DNA of 64,000 nucleotides from Octopus vulgaris (taxonomy: Eukaryota). How positions within the stretch are numbered: the stretch's first letter is position 1; each line of letters starts with the position of its first letter. Shown in pieces: positions 40,803-55,059 of the stretch. The stretch is taken from positions 35,154,001-35,218,000 of the forward strand of contig OX597815.1 of the NCBI GenBank assembly GCA_951406725.2, written 5' to 3'. The notes under the pieces were generated by a model. That model was not told the origin of the DNA and made no database searches. It saw only the letters and a program-made list of their open reading frames with translations. The translations under genes and the position numbers were made by a program.

Positions 40803-42074
40803 TATTGTTGGCAGACCTTGAGTAGCGAATCTTGTTCTAGCTTTTCTTTGTATTATCCAGTTTGACTGTGCCACATTTATTTATTTATTTATAGCCCTTC
40901 ACCATTGCTTACAGTTAAGCGTTGTCTTCTTTCATGTAGTCGCCATCAGGTCATTCACTTCATTATATATGGCCAGTCGATGGTATTTTAAGAAGCAGAG
41001 CGAGTGACTAAAACCAGTTGGTGTTCAAATCGTGGCCAATAATTTCGATAAACTTCCTTTCAAAAGAAATCCAATGTGTAAGTTCATGAGTAAGTATTTC
41101 AGTGTAGGTCTTACTTGAGCTCAACTGGGAATCAATAATTGATCAGAAACTGAAGAAATTCCTGGCGCAAAAGAGAAATTCTAGAGTTAGTGATGTAGTT
41201 TTTGGCAGAGTTTAAACGGTTTCGCATTTGTAGCGACAATTTGGGTTACAGCTATATGTTGTTAACAAGTAGAGGCTGTGATCCGAAGCCGAGTAAGTTC
41301 CACAGCTTTTACTTTCACCTCAGCGTCCACTTTCAACAAAACTACCTATCACCTATCTATATGACTACGCATCACGTACACATGTATCATCTATAATATT
41401 TACACCTTACCAATTCTAATTAAAGTATTATGGAATTCCGCCAAAATTTGAGAACTACACTGAATCGGTTTTCGTGTGCATTACAAAATGTAATCTTCTA
41501 TCCGACTGTCCTTTAGAGAATATCTTTTCTATACTTAATATATTTCTGCACAGTCTGTACATTATACATATAATAATACTTTAATTGCGTAACTCTGGCT
41601 TTTCTTTAGTTCAATTTAAATATTTCATTTCACGAATTCTATGCATACATATAACACTTCTGAAATCCGCAATGCAAGCTATGCTATATGTTAAACAGTT
41701 AATCTGTATTTAGAGATAAAAATATATACCTATAAATAAATATATTCTCCAGATAAATTCTCACTTTGTCAACTCATTCATTTATTCATTTATTCATTCA
41801 TTTTATCAATCAGTCAATCTACCAGTCATTCATTCCATTAATTACAAGCGCCCAACATTCTCAAACCTTTTCAAGAAGTAAGGGAATTTCATCACTACAT
41901 TTACATATTGGTGACTTATGCCTTATATATACGCATGCAAAAGTACGCACGCACGTACACGCACGCACACACACACACACACATACACATACACACACAC
42001 ACAAACACACACACACATCTCTCTCTCTCTTTCTCATTCTCTGTTTCTCACTTTCTCTTTCCCACCTTTTCCCT

Positions 42075-42112
<38 letters not shown>

Positions 42113-42263
42113 TCTTTGTTTCCACACTCATACACATACGGACATGAAGAGGCTGGTAGAGATCGATATATATATATAGATACACAGAGGCATGTAAGTG
42201 CGTATCTATATTTCATCCCCTTCTTCCCCCTCTTTCCTTTCTTCTTTACCCTCTCTCATTTTT

Positions 42264-42317
<54 letters not shown>

Positions 42318-43066
42318 CATACATACATACATACATTCATACATATACACTTACGTACATACATGCATAGATACACATTTATGAATTCATGTGTACGCAT
42401 AGATGCCGGCGTGTTTGTGTGTAAGGAGTAACATTACATAGTTAGCTGTACCATTCAAATTCAGATATCTCTTCTGCCTGGCTCCAAACGATAGAATTAG
42501 TTGCAAACCAACCAAGTTCGTATTGCAACACATTATAGAATGATGACTCAGACAATCTTCTTAAAGACTTGATGCAGCAGTCTACGGATGGCTAATTTTT
42601 TGATGTAACTCTGGACAGAGAGAGAGAAAGAGTGAGAGAGAGGAGAGATTAAGAGGGTACAGAGAGAGACAGACAGGCACACACACACACAGAGAGGGGT
42701 AGGAGGGGGAAGGGATCGCGTGCAAAGGAAAACGAAAGTAAAAATGTGGTAATGAAATGTGTATGTATATGCACGAGTAGATGTTTACACACACTGACTG
42801 CATATATATATGTGTGTATATATACATATATTATGTGTGTGTATGTATATATGTATATACATACGTACATACATATATATATATACATATATATATACAT
42901 ATATATATATACATGTATATATACATATATATATATACACATATATATATATATATATACACACATATATATATACATATATATATATACATATATATAT
43001 ACACATATATATACATACATATATATACATATATATATATACATATATATATACACATATATATAT

Positions 43067-43111
<45 letters not shown>

Positions 43112-43147
43112 CACATATATACATACATACACACACATACACATACA

Positions 43148-43244
<97 letters not shown>

Positions 43245-43412
43245 CTTATGCACACAAAGCATTTCTTTCATACGTATTTGGTTAAATACACGATTTTGCT
43301 TTCTGCTTTCTCTTTCTTCCCTGTTTTGTTAAGCACATTTATTGTTCCTTAGTTGTTTTTCTTTTAGTTTTAAATTATGTATTGATATTTTCTGCTTGTA
43401 TGGAAGTTTTCT

Positions 43413-43466
43413 CTGGTCCACATGATCTGTTTCAAGGTTTCATGACCCTATCATCAGTTTGTCCAG
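43413..43466 (-). ncRNA. Degenerate type I hammerhead-like motif
   Basis: Minus strand CTGGACAAA-CTGATGA-T-AGGGT-CATGAA-ACCTT-GAAACA-GATCA-TGT-G-GACCAG. The triplet GUG is non-canonical. Confidence 0.4.
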
Positions 43467-43969
43467 CCATATAATGATATATGTTCTGTATGTTATTTAA
43501 ATTCTCGAATCTGAGCCTGGTTTGTAGCTTCTATGTACACGATTCTCTCTCTCTCAAACGATAGAAAACAAAAAAAAAAAAGAGAAAAAAAATAATAGTA
43601 TAGGAAATTAGGCAAAATTCAAACATTGAAAATTTTTAAATACATAATAAATAGAAATAAATATAAAATGCATGATTTTTGCTGTTTTCATTTTTGTGCT
43701 TTTATTTTTGTGTTTTGTTTTATTGGGAAACTTTTATCATAAAATGATCTAATGACAAAATATCTTATTTCCTATCTAGAATTCCATATATTTTTAGATA
43801 TGAAATTAAGACACCAACAAATGATAAATTGCTGGTGTGTTAACAGTGTTTTGTTTCAATGTTTTATTGTACAGCGGAATATTTCTATAGATTTTTATTC
43901 GATATTGTATGAATAGACGCATGTAAATACTTTATACGGAATGACGCCTTCCTAGTAAGAAATAACGTC

Positions 43970-44500
43970 AAATAAACTTGTGTTCTAACTCCTCACACAC
44001 TTCAGTATCGTGTTTTCGGCAATACTAACTGATGTTTTCGACAACAGCACAGAGGACATCGGTGTCAAGTTCTGTATTGATGTCATGTTGAACAACGCCT
44101 GCCGTCTTCAAATTCTCATTAAAGGAAAAGAAGTTGTTCTCAGGAACTTCCTAACAACAACTGACCTCTCAACTTTCTTGCGAGCAGGAGGTGTAGTGAG
44201 AGTAGGGTCAGTTCACAACGGCCTGAGCCAACTTTAGCCTCACAATAAACAATGAAGGCTGAGGTTGTGTAGCATACTTGGAAATTTGTAACGAGAATGG
44301 ACAATACCTTGGGGAAAACTGACAGGTTCTCCTACCTCAGTAGGTAACTCTCAAAAACACAGATGAAAAAGTCAACAGTAGGATCTTCACTTTCATCACT
44401 GTCTTCGGAAGACAACAGGTGAATGTATAGAAGTGTGCAAGAAAAACTACTTCACCACTTAACTGAAGATCTACCACGTAATTCTACTCACAAACTCCTG

Positions 44501-44505
<5 letters not shown>
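43970..44505 (+). pseudogene. RTE-clade reverse transcriptase fragment
   Basis: FSIVFSAILTDVF..IGVKFCID..RLQILIKGKEVVLRNFL resembles the RTE/BovB RT segment before FADD. Decayed. Confidence 0.7.
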
Positions 44506-44576
<71 letters not shown>

Positions 44577-44909
44577 TTAATATTGTTATTATTATCGAAG
44601 GCAATAAAAATAGTTGATAATGACAACAATTTTAATATAGGTGGTTGCAGGCCTAAATCAGCATTATATAGCTATAAAATTAAAATTAATCATAAGGAAA
44701 CATTAAAGTGTATACATGCTAGAAATGAGAGTTAAAATCCTTATATAGACCACCCAAAAATTTCTATAGATTTTTAGACGATATTGTATGAATAGACACA
44801 TGTAAATATTTTATACGGAATGACGCCTCCCTAGTAAGAAATAACAGATTCAATAGTATACGTGCATGTGGATCGAAAGAATAGCTGTACCATTAAATAC
44901 GTAGCTTTA

Positions 44910-45303
44910 TCTTTATATATAAAAGTCAAGTTGTGTGTCTGTCTCCTACGATTTAGATTCCTAACTACTCCCACATTTTGCGGTGCAGTGTAACCAAAAG
45001 CGGGTATCTTATAGTCGTGATTCATATCGAGCCCTTCTGGGTATTAGCGCGCGTCTACGATGAGTCTACGATTTTAAAAACATTTATCATCATTTTTTCC
45101 CATTTTTAATGCATTTTTTTGCTATTATATAAGGGAAGTAACTCTCTAAACATGTATTATTAAATCTCAGAACGTAAAAAGCTACGGTAACACTCCCCTT
45201 TGTGGTTAGCCATCTTGAGATGGCTATTATACTTTACATCTCTAAAAATGCTTATATAGTTATTTCCCTTACAAACCCGAGCAACGCCGGGCGATACTGC
45301 AAG
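44910..45303 (+). mobile_element. Non-autonomous Helitron (same 3' end as 34300-34671)
   Basis: A|TCTTTATATATAAAA ... CCCGAGCAACGCCGGGCGATACTG-CAAG|T (a CTAG variant). Confidence 0.8.
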
Positions 45304-45452
45304 TACTATATAGATATGTGAGAGATGTTTTCGATCCACTTGCTCGTATACTGTTGAATCTGTTATTTTCAGTGTTAATTTTTTTGTGGTCCAAATGAGG
45401 ATTTTAACTCTCATTTCTAGCGGGTAGACACTTTAATGTGTTCTGATGATTG

Positions 45453-45495
<43 letters not shown>

Positions 45496-45634
45496 TGTAA
45501 GTATACTGGCGTACATATATGGAGACATGAAAAACCACGACTAGTTTTCTTTTGTATAACATCATTTTCATTAAGTCAATCAGATTGTTCTTTCAAATAT
45601 GTCATATCACAATTCTAATTCACAATTCTTGAGA

Positions 45635-45705
<71 letters not shown>

Positions 45706-45835
45706 TGTATGTATGTATGTACGTATGTATGTATGTATGTATGTATACGACACCAATTCAGCAAAGCAATCAAACTATCGGTAGCAACAAAATGCTAATA
45801 CAACAAAGCTTAAACTTTGTAAAGACATACACTCG

Positions 45836-45883
<48 letters not shown>

Positions 45884-46336
45884 AATATGCCCGGCAGACA
45901 ATTGCAGACGTCATGAGGTATAGAATATTCATGAAACTAGCACGAATTTAAAGAGAATAATAATGTATCTCAGAAGTATATACATTCCATCAATAGCTAC
46001 AATTAAAACTAAAACAGAATTTAACTAGCGAACAATAGTAACTATCATAGTCAATGAGATCAAAATGAAGAACCATATGAAAATAAGGAAAATTATGTAT
46101 TATGATAACACACAAAGAATATCCGTTGTTTATCAAACATACGATCGGAAGCGACTATCAACAACGTCTATATAAAACAACGAAATATAGAAGACTACTT
46201 ACATTGAGAATACAGAGATAAAAATATATTCATACATACAACACTGACGATTCCATTATTTAGCGCTCACACATCCATTCAGTAACTCATTTTATATGAG
46301 CACAATAAATTATTATTATTATTATTATTATTATTA

Positions 46337-46890
46337 TGAGAAGAAGAAGAAGAAGAAGAAGAAGAAGAAGAAGGAGGAGGAGGAGGAGGAGGAGGAGGAG
46401 GAGGAGGAGGAAGAGGGAGAAGAAGGAGGGGGGAGAAGAAAAAGAAAGAAGAAGGAGGAGGAGGAGGAGGAGGAGGGAGAAGAAGAAGGAGGAGGAGGAG
46501 GGAAGAAGAAGAAAAAGAAAGAAGGAGGAGGAGGAGGAGGAAGAGGGAGAAGAAGGAGGGGGGGAGAAGAAAAAGAAAGAAGAAGAAGGAGGAGAAGGAG
46601 GAGGAGGAAGAGCGAGAAGAAGAAGAAGGAGGAGGAGGAAGAGGGAGAAGAAGAAGGAGGAGGAGGAGGGAAGAAGAAGAAAAAGAAAGAAGAAGAAGGA
46701 GGAGAAGGAGGAGGAGGAAGAGGGAGAAGAAGAAGAAGAAGAAGAAGAAGAAGAAGAAGAAGGAAGAAGGAAGAAGAAGAAGAAAGAAGAAGAAGGAGAA
46801 GAAGAAGAAGAAGAAGAAGAAGAAGAAGAAGAAGAAGAAGAAGAAGAAGAAGAAGAAGAAGAAGAAGAAGAAGAAGAAAAAAGAAGAAGC
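46337..46890. repeat. ~550-bp homopurine GAA/GAG tract with higher-order duplications
   Basis: Essentially pure A/G on the + strand, with recurring GAGGGAGAAGAA and GAAAAAGAAAGAAG blocks. Confidence 0.95.
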
Positions 46891-46967
46891 AAAAAAGTAA
46901 CACTGAAGATGCTGCAAAATATGTACGTTTCTATATTTACACACACATATGTACGTTTCTATATTTA

Positions 46968-47013
<46 letters not shown>

Positions 47014-47349
47014 GATATGCATCTGTATGCTTACACTTGCGTCGTACGTATATAAGTGCAAATGTACGTGTGTAGTGTAAACACACATATACACATTCAC
47101 ACATACGACGCACACAAACACACACACAACCGCACACACACATACACGCACCACATACACACGACGCACACAAACACACACACACAACCACACACACACA
47201 TACACACATACACACGACGCACACAAACGCACACACAACCACACACACACATACACGCACCACATACACACGCACACCACGCACATACACACACACACGC
47301 AACACTTATACACTCATGTATATATGAGAAAGAGAGAGAGAGAAAGAGG

Positions 47350-47830
47350 GAAGTAGCGAAGAGAGTAATGAAACTGGTCGACCAAACAGTTCCTCATGAA
47401 GATAAAAATGGACGCCATTCGGCCTCGAAAGGATCGACCGTTATGGACATCTTGATGAATGCGAAAACGCTGATTGAAAAGCAGAACATTATCCAATCGA
47501 AGTTGGATGTAGAGGATTTATTGGAAACAGTATGAGGCGATGGTTGTGGTTGCTAAACCTAACTCAAAGTAAAGCAAATACCATCATGAGCAATATCCAG
47601 GCTACAGTGGAAAGAGTAAGTCACTGGATTTGATTAAAAAAAAGCCGATGAGTGAAGTCCAGTAAGCAGTTGATCTAGTAAGTGGGGTCACGTCTCAGTG
47701 AGAGGTTAAGGCGATGCGCAATAATGCCGTTGAGAGAAAAGCCCTGAAACGTGGCGCATTCCCTCCTAAGGACCCTCTAAGTCTGCTAGTGTCCGGTACG
47801 CGGAGCTTTCAACTGGTAACACTTGTATCT
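47350..47830 (+). pseudogene. Possible highly decayed non-LTR RT fragment
   Basis: KLVDQTV..GSTVMDIL..KTLIEK and RGAFPPKDPLSLLV loosely resemble RT motifs GRST.D.I..LIEK and QGDPLSPLL. Confidence 0.3.
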
Positions 47831-48671
47831 GCAAAATGCTTGCAAATAATATTAAAAAAAGAGCAATATAAAATATGGTTTCAGAGAATCGTGTGGCTAT
47901 CACAGTAAGCTCCTCCTTCGGAATCGGCTATCAGTCACTTAGTAATCAAATATAATGTCATGCAATTTGATATGTCCGCGTAATTAAAAATCCAGAAAAT
48001 CGGAGCGATAAATTATAGCTGAACGGTAGATGTAACCACGATGTTTCAGTGATCTCATGAGTTAGCTTTCTTTATTTGCAATAGACAATTGGATTGTATT
48101 ACGCTAACCATACCTATCAACGTGTAATTTAAACATGTAAACGTATAATTTTTCTGCATTCTAAAATTAATGCTGCATGAAGAAGATTAACTATCATAAT
48201 AATATAGAAGTCATGTGGTTAGATAAATCTAGCCTCATCGCTCATACCTATCGGACTCTGTACTCCATATGAGCGCGCGCACATATGTTTGTGTCTGCGT
48301 GTATGTGTGTGTGTGAGTGAGTATGTATGTGTGTGTGTGTGCGTTTAAAACATGGTGGTTAATTTTATATTAATTTTGTATTCAATCGAAATAGTACACA
48401 ATGTTGCATATAATGTGGAACAATGTGCTTCGTGTGTTTTATCATAACAGATAGTTACTCCGACTTCGCGTCGGCGCTTTCGTTAACCGATGATGGCGGA
48501 CGAAAGAGCATCACGCTCATTAGAAAGGGTTTTAATCAAATTTTAATTATATTATTCTGTAAAATAATATTTAATTAGTTTAAATGTACACAAATGCATA
48601 AAAATAATTTTTGATTCCATTAGACATTCTAAAATACTATTAAATTTCATTAAATTTTAAAAAAGGTAAAA

Positions 48672-48700
48672 TCGGACAGAACTTATGGGATGACCTAATA
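48672..48700 (-). mobile_element. Mariner-type TIR end
   Basis: Reverse complement TA-TTAGGTCATCCCATAAGTTCTGTCCGA, next to (TA)n. Confidence 0.5.
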
Positions 48701-49644
48701 TATATATATATATATATATATATCTTTTTCTTCTTACAGTCATTAGGTTGCAGCCATGCTGGGGCTCCACCTTAAGGAATTTTAGTCAAACGAACCGACC
48801 CCAGCACTTGTTCTTTTTTTTAAAACCTGATAGTTCTTCTATGGGTCTCTTTGCCGAACCGCTAAATGATTGCGACGTAAAGATACCAACAGTTTCTAAT
48901 GGTAAAAAATACGAGCTCACTGAATTAACTCAAACTACTTAAACGTTGCTTACCAGCAAAAAATATAAACATTCCCTTTCCTAGAAAATTACTATTTGTA
49001 AATCTCGCAACGAGAGATATTCAGCAACAGTACTTTGGAGTAAAGATTATTTGCCAACATAGCATGGCAGTCCTGGGGCTAGAATACAGCAACATTCGTC
49101 CTAAACTGGGACTGCCATGTTATGTCGGCAAATAATCTTTCCTACATTCCCTTTCCTAGTTTAGACATTTCTTTTAACCGTTAAAACTGAGTGAGAAGAC
49201 TACGCTTCACTGATGAGGACTAACAATGCTAAATACTGTCCTTTACTGTCCCCTTGCTAGCTAACAGAAACTAAATGTTCTCCTTAAGCATGAAATTCAA
49301 TTTTCTGCTCCTCTTGTTACCAACCAAGGCTTTGTTTTTTCTTTCCAACTAAAAGGTAAATCTCAATCCCTTATGATTTTTTATGTTGCTTTTGCGTACG
49401 GTATTCAGTACTTCATCAACTTTTCGAATTGACTCACTCGAGTTCTTTCCCTTAGCTCCTAGTTTGCAATTGCGCTGCAATTTCTGTATGTTGAATTCAC
49501 AGCGTACTTTTGCGTGCATGGTTGATAAAAATGTTGCCTTGTATCACTGTTATTGAATTTATTGTTCCTTATCGTCTCAAAGTCTTAATAATACTGTTTA
49601 ACTCCAGGTCACCCAGATTGAACAGAATAATGACCAGAGGTGTC

Positions 49645-49701
<57 letters not shown>

Positions 49702-50902
49702 GCACGCATGCACACGCACACACACAGACACATGCACACACACACACGTTTCAAATTTCAGTACAAGGCCAGCAATTTTAAAGGCGTGAGTAAGTCGATT
49801 ACATCAACCCCAGTATTTCACAGGTACTTATTTTATCGACTTCAAAAGGACGAAAGGCAAAGTCAAACTCGGCGGAATTTGAACCCTAAATGTAAAGAGT
49901 CGGACGAAATGCCGCTAAGCATTCTATATGCCTACCTAAAGATTCTCCCAGCTCACAGCCTCTCTCTCTTACACACACACATATATGTCGATGTATGTAT
50001 GCATGGTGTATGTATGCGCATGGGTGTGTATGCGTATGAGTTTGCATGTGTATATGTATAAGCACATATTTCTATTGTAGGATTGGGTTTTTCGTTTTTT
50101 TCTTATGTGTGTGCCTCTATACTTGGCTCGGCTACCAAAACCTCTGGCGTATAAGTAACAAGCACAACAACTAAAGCGTATTTGCAAAAGACAAGCTTTC
50201 TATTTAACGAAAGAAATACTTCCATTCACTACAATCTGCAGAAACCTAAGTCAGATGTCGAAATGACTGAAAGCAATAAAATATCGATTTCACGTTACCA
50301 GGCTCATAGACCACATTTTGCACGAACAGTAATACCATATACCTGTTTTTATTTCACCATCTTTTATTCATTGCTCTCAAGTCAATCATTTATAGATTTC
50401 TGATACTGAGACAATGCTACGAATTACTTCAAATGTTAAACGAAAGTTATAAAGATATTAGCGGCATGAGTAACATAAAATATATTTAACTAAAAATCAA
50501 AATCGAAAATAAGCCTTAAGTTATCCTCCACGCCAAATTTAAAATACATTTTCAATACAGATACACAAGGCTTAAGATGTATTAAGACAAAACAGGATTT
50601 AAGAGCGTTATTCCTTCCCCGAAAACGTAGCGAATTGTTGTGTAGCGATCGAGTGAAAACGGTAAGGTATGTTGGTTGCAGTAACAGTAGAGCATAGGAC
50701 TGAATTCTTTTTAGGATTTTATTGTCCCTCTACGTTCTATGTTCGGAATTATCGTGGACTAACTTACGAAAATTGTCCAAAAGTAATGAAATAGGTAGCG
50801 CCAATGATTAGATTCGATTTAATCGGTTATCTACTCATTCGTGGAGTTCGGCCGAAGTGAAATACCATATAATTCTTCACTATACACAGCCACTAAAATT
50901 CT

Positions 50903-50942
<40 letters not shown>

Positions 50943-51258
50943 CTCACACACATGCACATTGTGTGTGTGTGTATATATATATATATATGTGTGAGTTCAT
51001 TTTCATGCTAAATTTTCTTGTTTTATTTTTAGGGTTTCAGCATTTAAGTGTGGGTTGGCTAGTTCTGTAAATTCAGTCTGTTGTATAAACTTTCAGAGCA
51101 GTTTATTGTTGTTAGTTGTATGTCTTTCTCTGTAACTATGGTAGCTTCTCTTTGAAATCATTAGATCAGAGTAGAAGAGAAGATAATTCTATATATGGCG
51201 GTGCCCCAGCATAGCCACAGCTCGTGAGCTGAAACTAGATAAAGATAAAGAAAGATAA

Positions 51259-51291
<33 letters not shown>

Positions 51292-51294
<3 letters not shown>

Positions 51295-51620
51295 TCTGTT
51301 TTTACTGTTTTGTTCTCACTGTCCTGTTCTTATTACCACTTTCACTCTCCGCAAAAAATCCCTAATTTTACTTAATTTGCTTTGCGGGAAGGAATGTTTC
51401 AAAGAAGTCGCGTATTGTCCTTGCCTTCGAAAAAACGCGGAGTAGATGAAACAGGGACAACTGAAGAAGTGGAATATTCTTTATGTTGTATGTCTCGTTT
51501 CTCTGTTTGTTTGGTTATTTTTTTACGTTGTCCGGAAAAATAGTTCGTTTCTATGTTTTTTTATGTCCTGTACCCATATATGCATGTATATATACATAAA
51601 TATATAGGTATTTACATATA
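51292..51620 (+). mobile_element. Hammerhead-bearing repeat, copy D (5'-truncated)
   Basis: Aligns to 13730-14050. Permuted hammerhead strands at 51408-51470. Confidence 0.75.
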
Positions 51621-51621
51621 T

Positions 51622-51924
51622 GCAATGGCCCAGTGGTTAGGGCAGCGGACTCGCGGTCGTAGGATCGCGGTTTCCATTCCCAGACCAAGCGTTGTGAGTG
51701 TTTATTGAGCGAAAACACCTAAAAGCTCCACGAGGCTCCGGCAGGGGATGGTGGCGATCCCTGCTGTACTCTTTCGCTACAACTTTCTCTCACTCTTTCT
51801 TCTGTTGGCCTGCTCGCTTAGCCAACGGGATGGCGTCCTTTGAAGGCTAAAACAATGCGAAGCGCATTGTGACCAGCGATGTGTAGCTACATCTGATAGC
51901 CTGGTCGATCACGGTGACCACGGT

Positions 51925-51927
<3 letters not shown>
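51622..51927 (+). mobile_element. tRNA-derived SINE, family 3
   Basis: TGGCCCAGTGGTTAGGGCAGCGGACTCGCGGTC..GGTTTCCATTCCC tRNA-like head. Confidence 0.85.
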
Positions 51928-51959
<32 letters not shown>

Positions 51960-52181
51960 CCAATGAGGCACGTAGCATGTAATAATTACGCTATAATAAA
52001 ACAAACCCGTTTCATAATCGGAGTGTAATGGTATATATGTAGTTATAACACAATAGTTATATGTCATGCACTTTAATTGGCACTTTATAAAGATTACCTG
52101 TGTGTATGTGTATGTGTGTGTGTGTGTGTGTGTATGTATATTATATATATATGTGTGCGTATATATATATACATCGTACAC

Positions 52182-52241
<60 letters not shown>

Positions 52242-52248
52242 ATGTATG

Positions 52249-52302
<54 letters not shown>

Positions 52303-52804
52303 GAGGGAGAGTGAGAGGAGTAGAGAAAGTCTGAGGGCTCTTACTGAGAAGCTGTGTTGTTTTTGCCATATTTAAGTGAAGTGAAATCACATCAACCGGA
52401 AATCGAAATCAGGTCGTGAATTCTACTCACCGGAAACTCACCTGTTGTTGTGCAGCACACGACATTACTAATTTAACAATATAGGTCTATTGGCGCTTAA
52501 ACAATTTCACATTATCTACACCATAGTTTATTGCTTAACACGATGCATTTTCACGCATATATACGTTTGTATATGCAATAAATAATATATATACCGACAA
52601 TAATTGGGTAGCGTATATACATTTAAATGCACTACACCCAGATACATATGCATAGATAAACACGCACTCATCCAATATCCCATCCATTTATCTATATACG
52701 TATATATATGTATGCATGTATATGCACATATATATATACATACACACATATGCATGTATGTATATCCAACTTCCACTTATATACACATATATCCTACATC
52801 CACT

Positions 52805-52932
<128 letters not shown>

Positions 52933-54000
52933 TTATATATATATATATATATATATACATACATACATATATACATGCATACATATGTATGTATGTATGT
53001 TTATATGTAAATGCACTCATGTTTGTATGTAGATAACTATCAGCATAACATGTAGCTTCATCTACATATGTTAATATGTATGTACATCTACACATTCGTG
53101 TGTGTGTGTACATGCAGCTCTATCTCAGCGTATGGGTATCTGCGTGTATCTGTACATATATATGTGCGTATGTGTACGTGTGTCTGCGTGTGTATGTGTA
53201 TGTGTGTGTCTGTGAAAAAGAGAGAAAGAAAGAGAAAGAGAAAAGAGAGAGAGAGAGAGCGTTTGAGCTTCTGTATGTGTACTGCCATTTATGGGTAAGT
53301 ATGGAATCCAGGCAAACTTAAAAGCAGTGTTACTGAATTTTTAACCATCCAATAAGCAAGGCTGGCAGTAATAAATGCATAAAAAGTAGATAAATCGATA
53401 TGTATATATAAATATATAAGTATATACATATACATACATGTGTGTGTGCTTGTGCGTGTGAGTGAAGCAAAGGAGAAAAATGAAAACTAGATAAATAAAA
53501 ATAATAACAAAGCAGCCAAATTCAGTAAGAGTGCATGCATTTGTGCATTTGCTGTTAACATATATAATTGTACGCGTGTGCATGAGAGGAAACGAAGAAA
53601 AAGGGAGACAGGCAAAGTGAGAGAGAGAGAGAAAGAGAGAGAGTGGAAGGGCGAGTGAGGGACAGAATGAAATGCATTCGGTTTACAATAACATAAACAC
53701 TGTGTAAAGTGCAGGTTACTATGCCCTATGCAGATTGGAGCAAAGTATGGCATAGGGCAGCGAAACGACTCCCAACAGAGTCTGCATCTAATAGCTGCTA
53801 TTCAACTTACCAGCTCTGTCATACTTGGAAATGGTCGGAGCTAGAATGCTTGAAGTTTTATCATAAATGCACGTCGTATAAACGTGGCTGTGGCTATAGT
53901 CGATCGACGCCATTGAACAAGAGGACGACTTAGACAGACACAAATGGGAAAAGCAGACACCCACGTTTGCACGCGCGCACACCCGTATTCATAAATGTAT

Positions 54001-54039
<39 letters not shown>

Positions 54040-54141
54040 TGTATAAAAAATATATATAAAAATACAAAATGGGAGAAGAACGCAAAACATTCAATTAGAC
54101 GACACAAAAAAAAATGGACGGGTCATTCGAAGCCTCTAATC

Positions 54142-54246
<105 letters not shown>

Positions 54247-54270
54247 ATATATATATATATGACTATATAC

Positions 54271-54493
54271 TCGTTTACTCGTTTAATTGTTTCAGTCATT
54301 TGACTGTGGCCATGCTTGAGCACCGCCTTTAGTCGAGCAAATCGACCCCAGGACTTATTCTTTGTAACCCTAGTACTTATTCTATCGATCTCTTTTGCCG
54401 AAGTGCTAAGTGACGGGGACGTAAACACACTAACTTCGGTTGTCAAGCGATGTTGGGGGGACAAACACAAACTCAAAAACTTATACACACACA

Positions 54494-54527
<34 letters not shown>

Positions 54528-54558
54528 CATATATATACATATATATGCATACACACAC

Positions 54559-54622
<64 letters not shown>

Positions 54623-54862
54623 CACATATATATAGATTCAGTTTCCGTCTACCAAATCCACTCACAAGGTTTTGGTTGGTCCGAGGCTATAGTAGAAGAC
54701 ACTTGTCCAAGGTGCCACGCAGTGGGACTGAACCCGCAACCATGTGGTTCGTCAGCAAGCTACTTCATTTCATCGAATTGACCATGAGGGTTGTACACAG
54801 ATAAGGGTAGCTGCGGACTGGACAGAGACATTAATGCTACTTACCACACACCCACTCCTACG

Positions 54863-54864
<2 letters not shown>
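54271..54864 (-). mobile_element. SINE family 1 interrupted by a 70-bp insertion
   Basis: Family match. Insert 54766-54835 is flanked by duplicated GCTACTT. Confidence 0.85.
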
Positions 54865-54908
<44 letters not shown>

Positions 54909-54986
54909 TATATACATATATATATACATATATACATATATATATACATATATACATATATATATACACATATATATATACACACT

Positions 54987-55059
<73 letters not shown>

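Noticed and set aside
46279-47313. Long 219-344 aa ORFs
   Set aside because: They are entirely GAA/GAG and CA repeats.
47368-47535. Possible host exon MKLVDQTVPHED...
   Set aside because: There is no convincing acceptor (the upstream is purine-rich), and it is better explained as a decayed RT. It is not fully excluded.
49210-49245. CTGATGA-GGAC...GTCC hammerhead-like start
   Set aside because: No GAAA follows stem II, and no stem I or III partner was found.
51622-51700. tRNA gene
   Set aside because: It is a SINE head that continues into the SINE body, with no clean cloverleaf or terminator.
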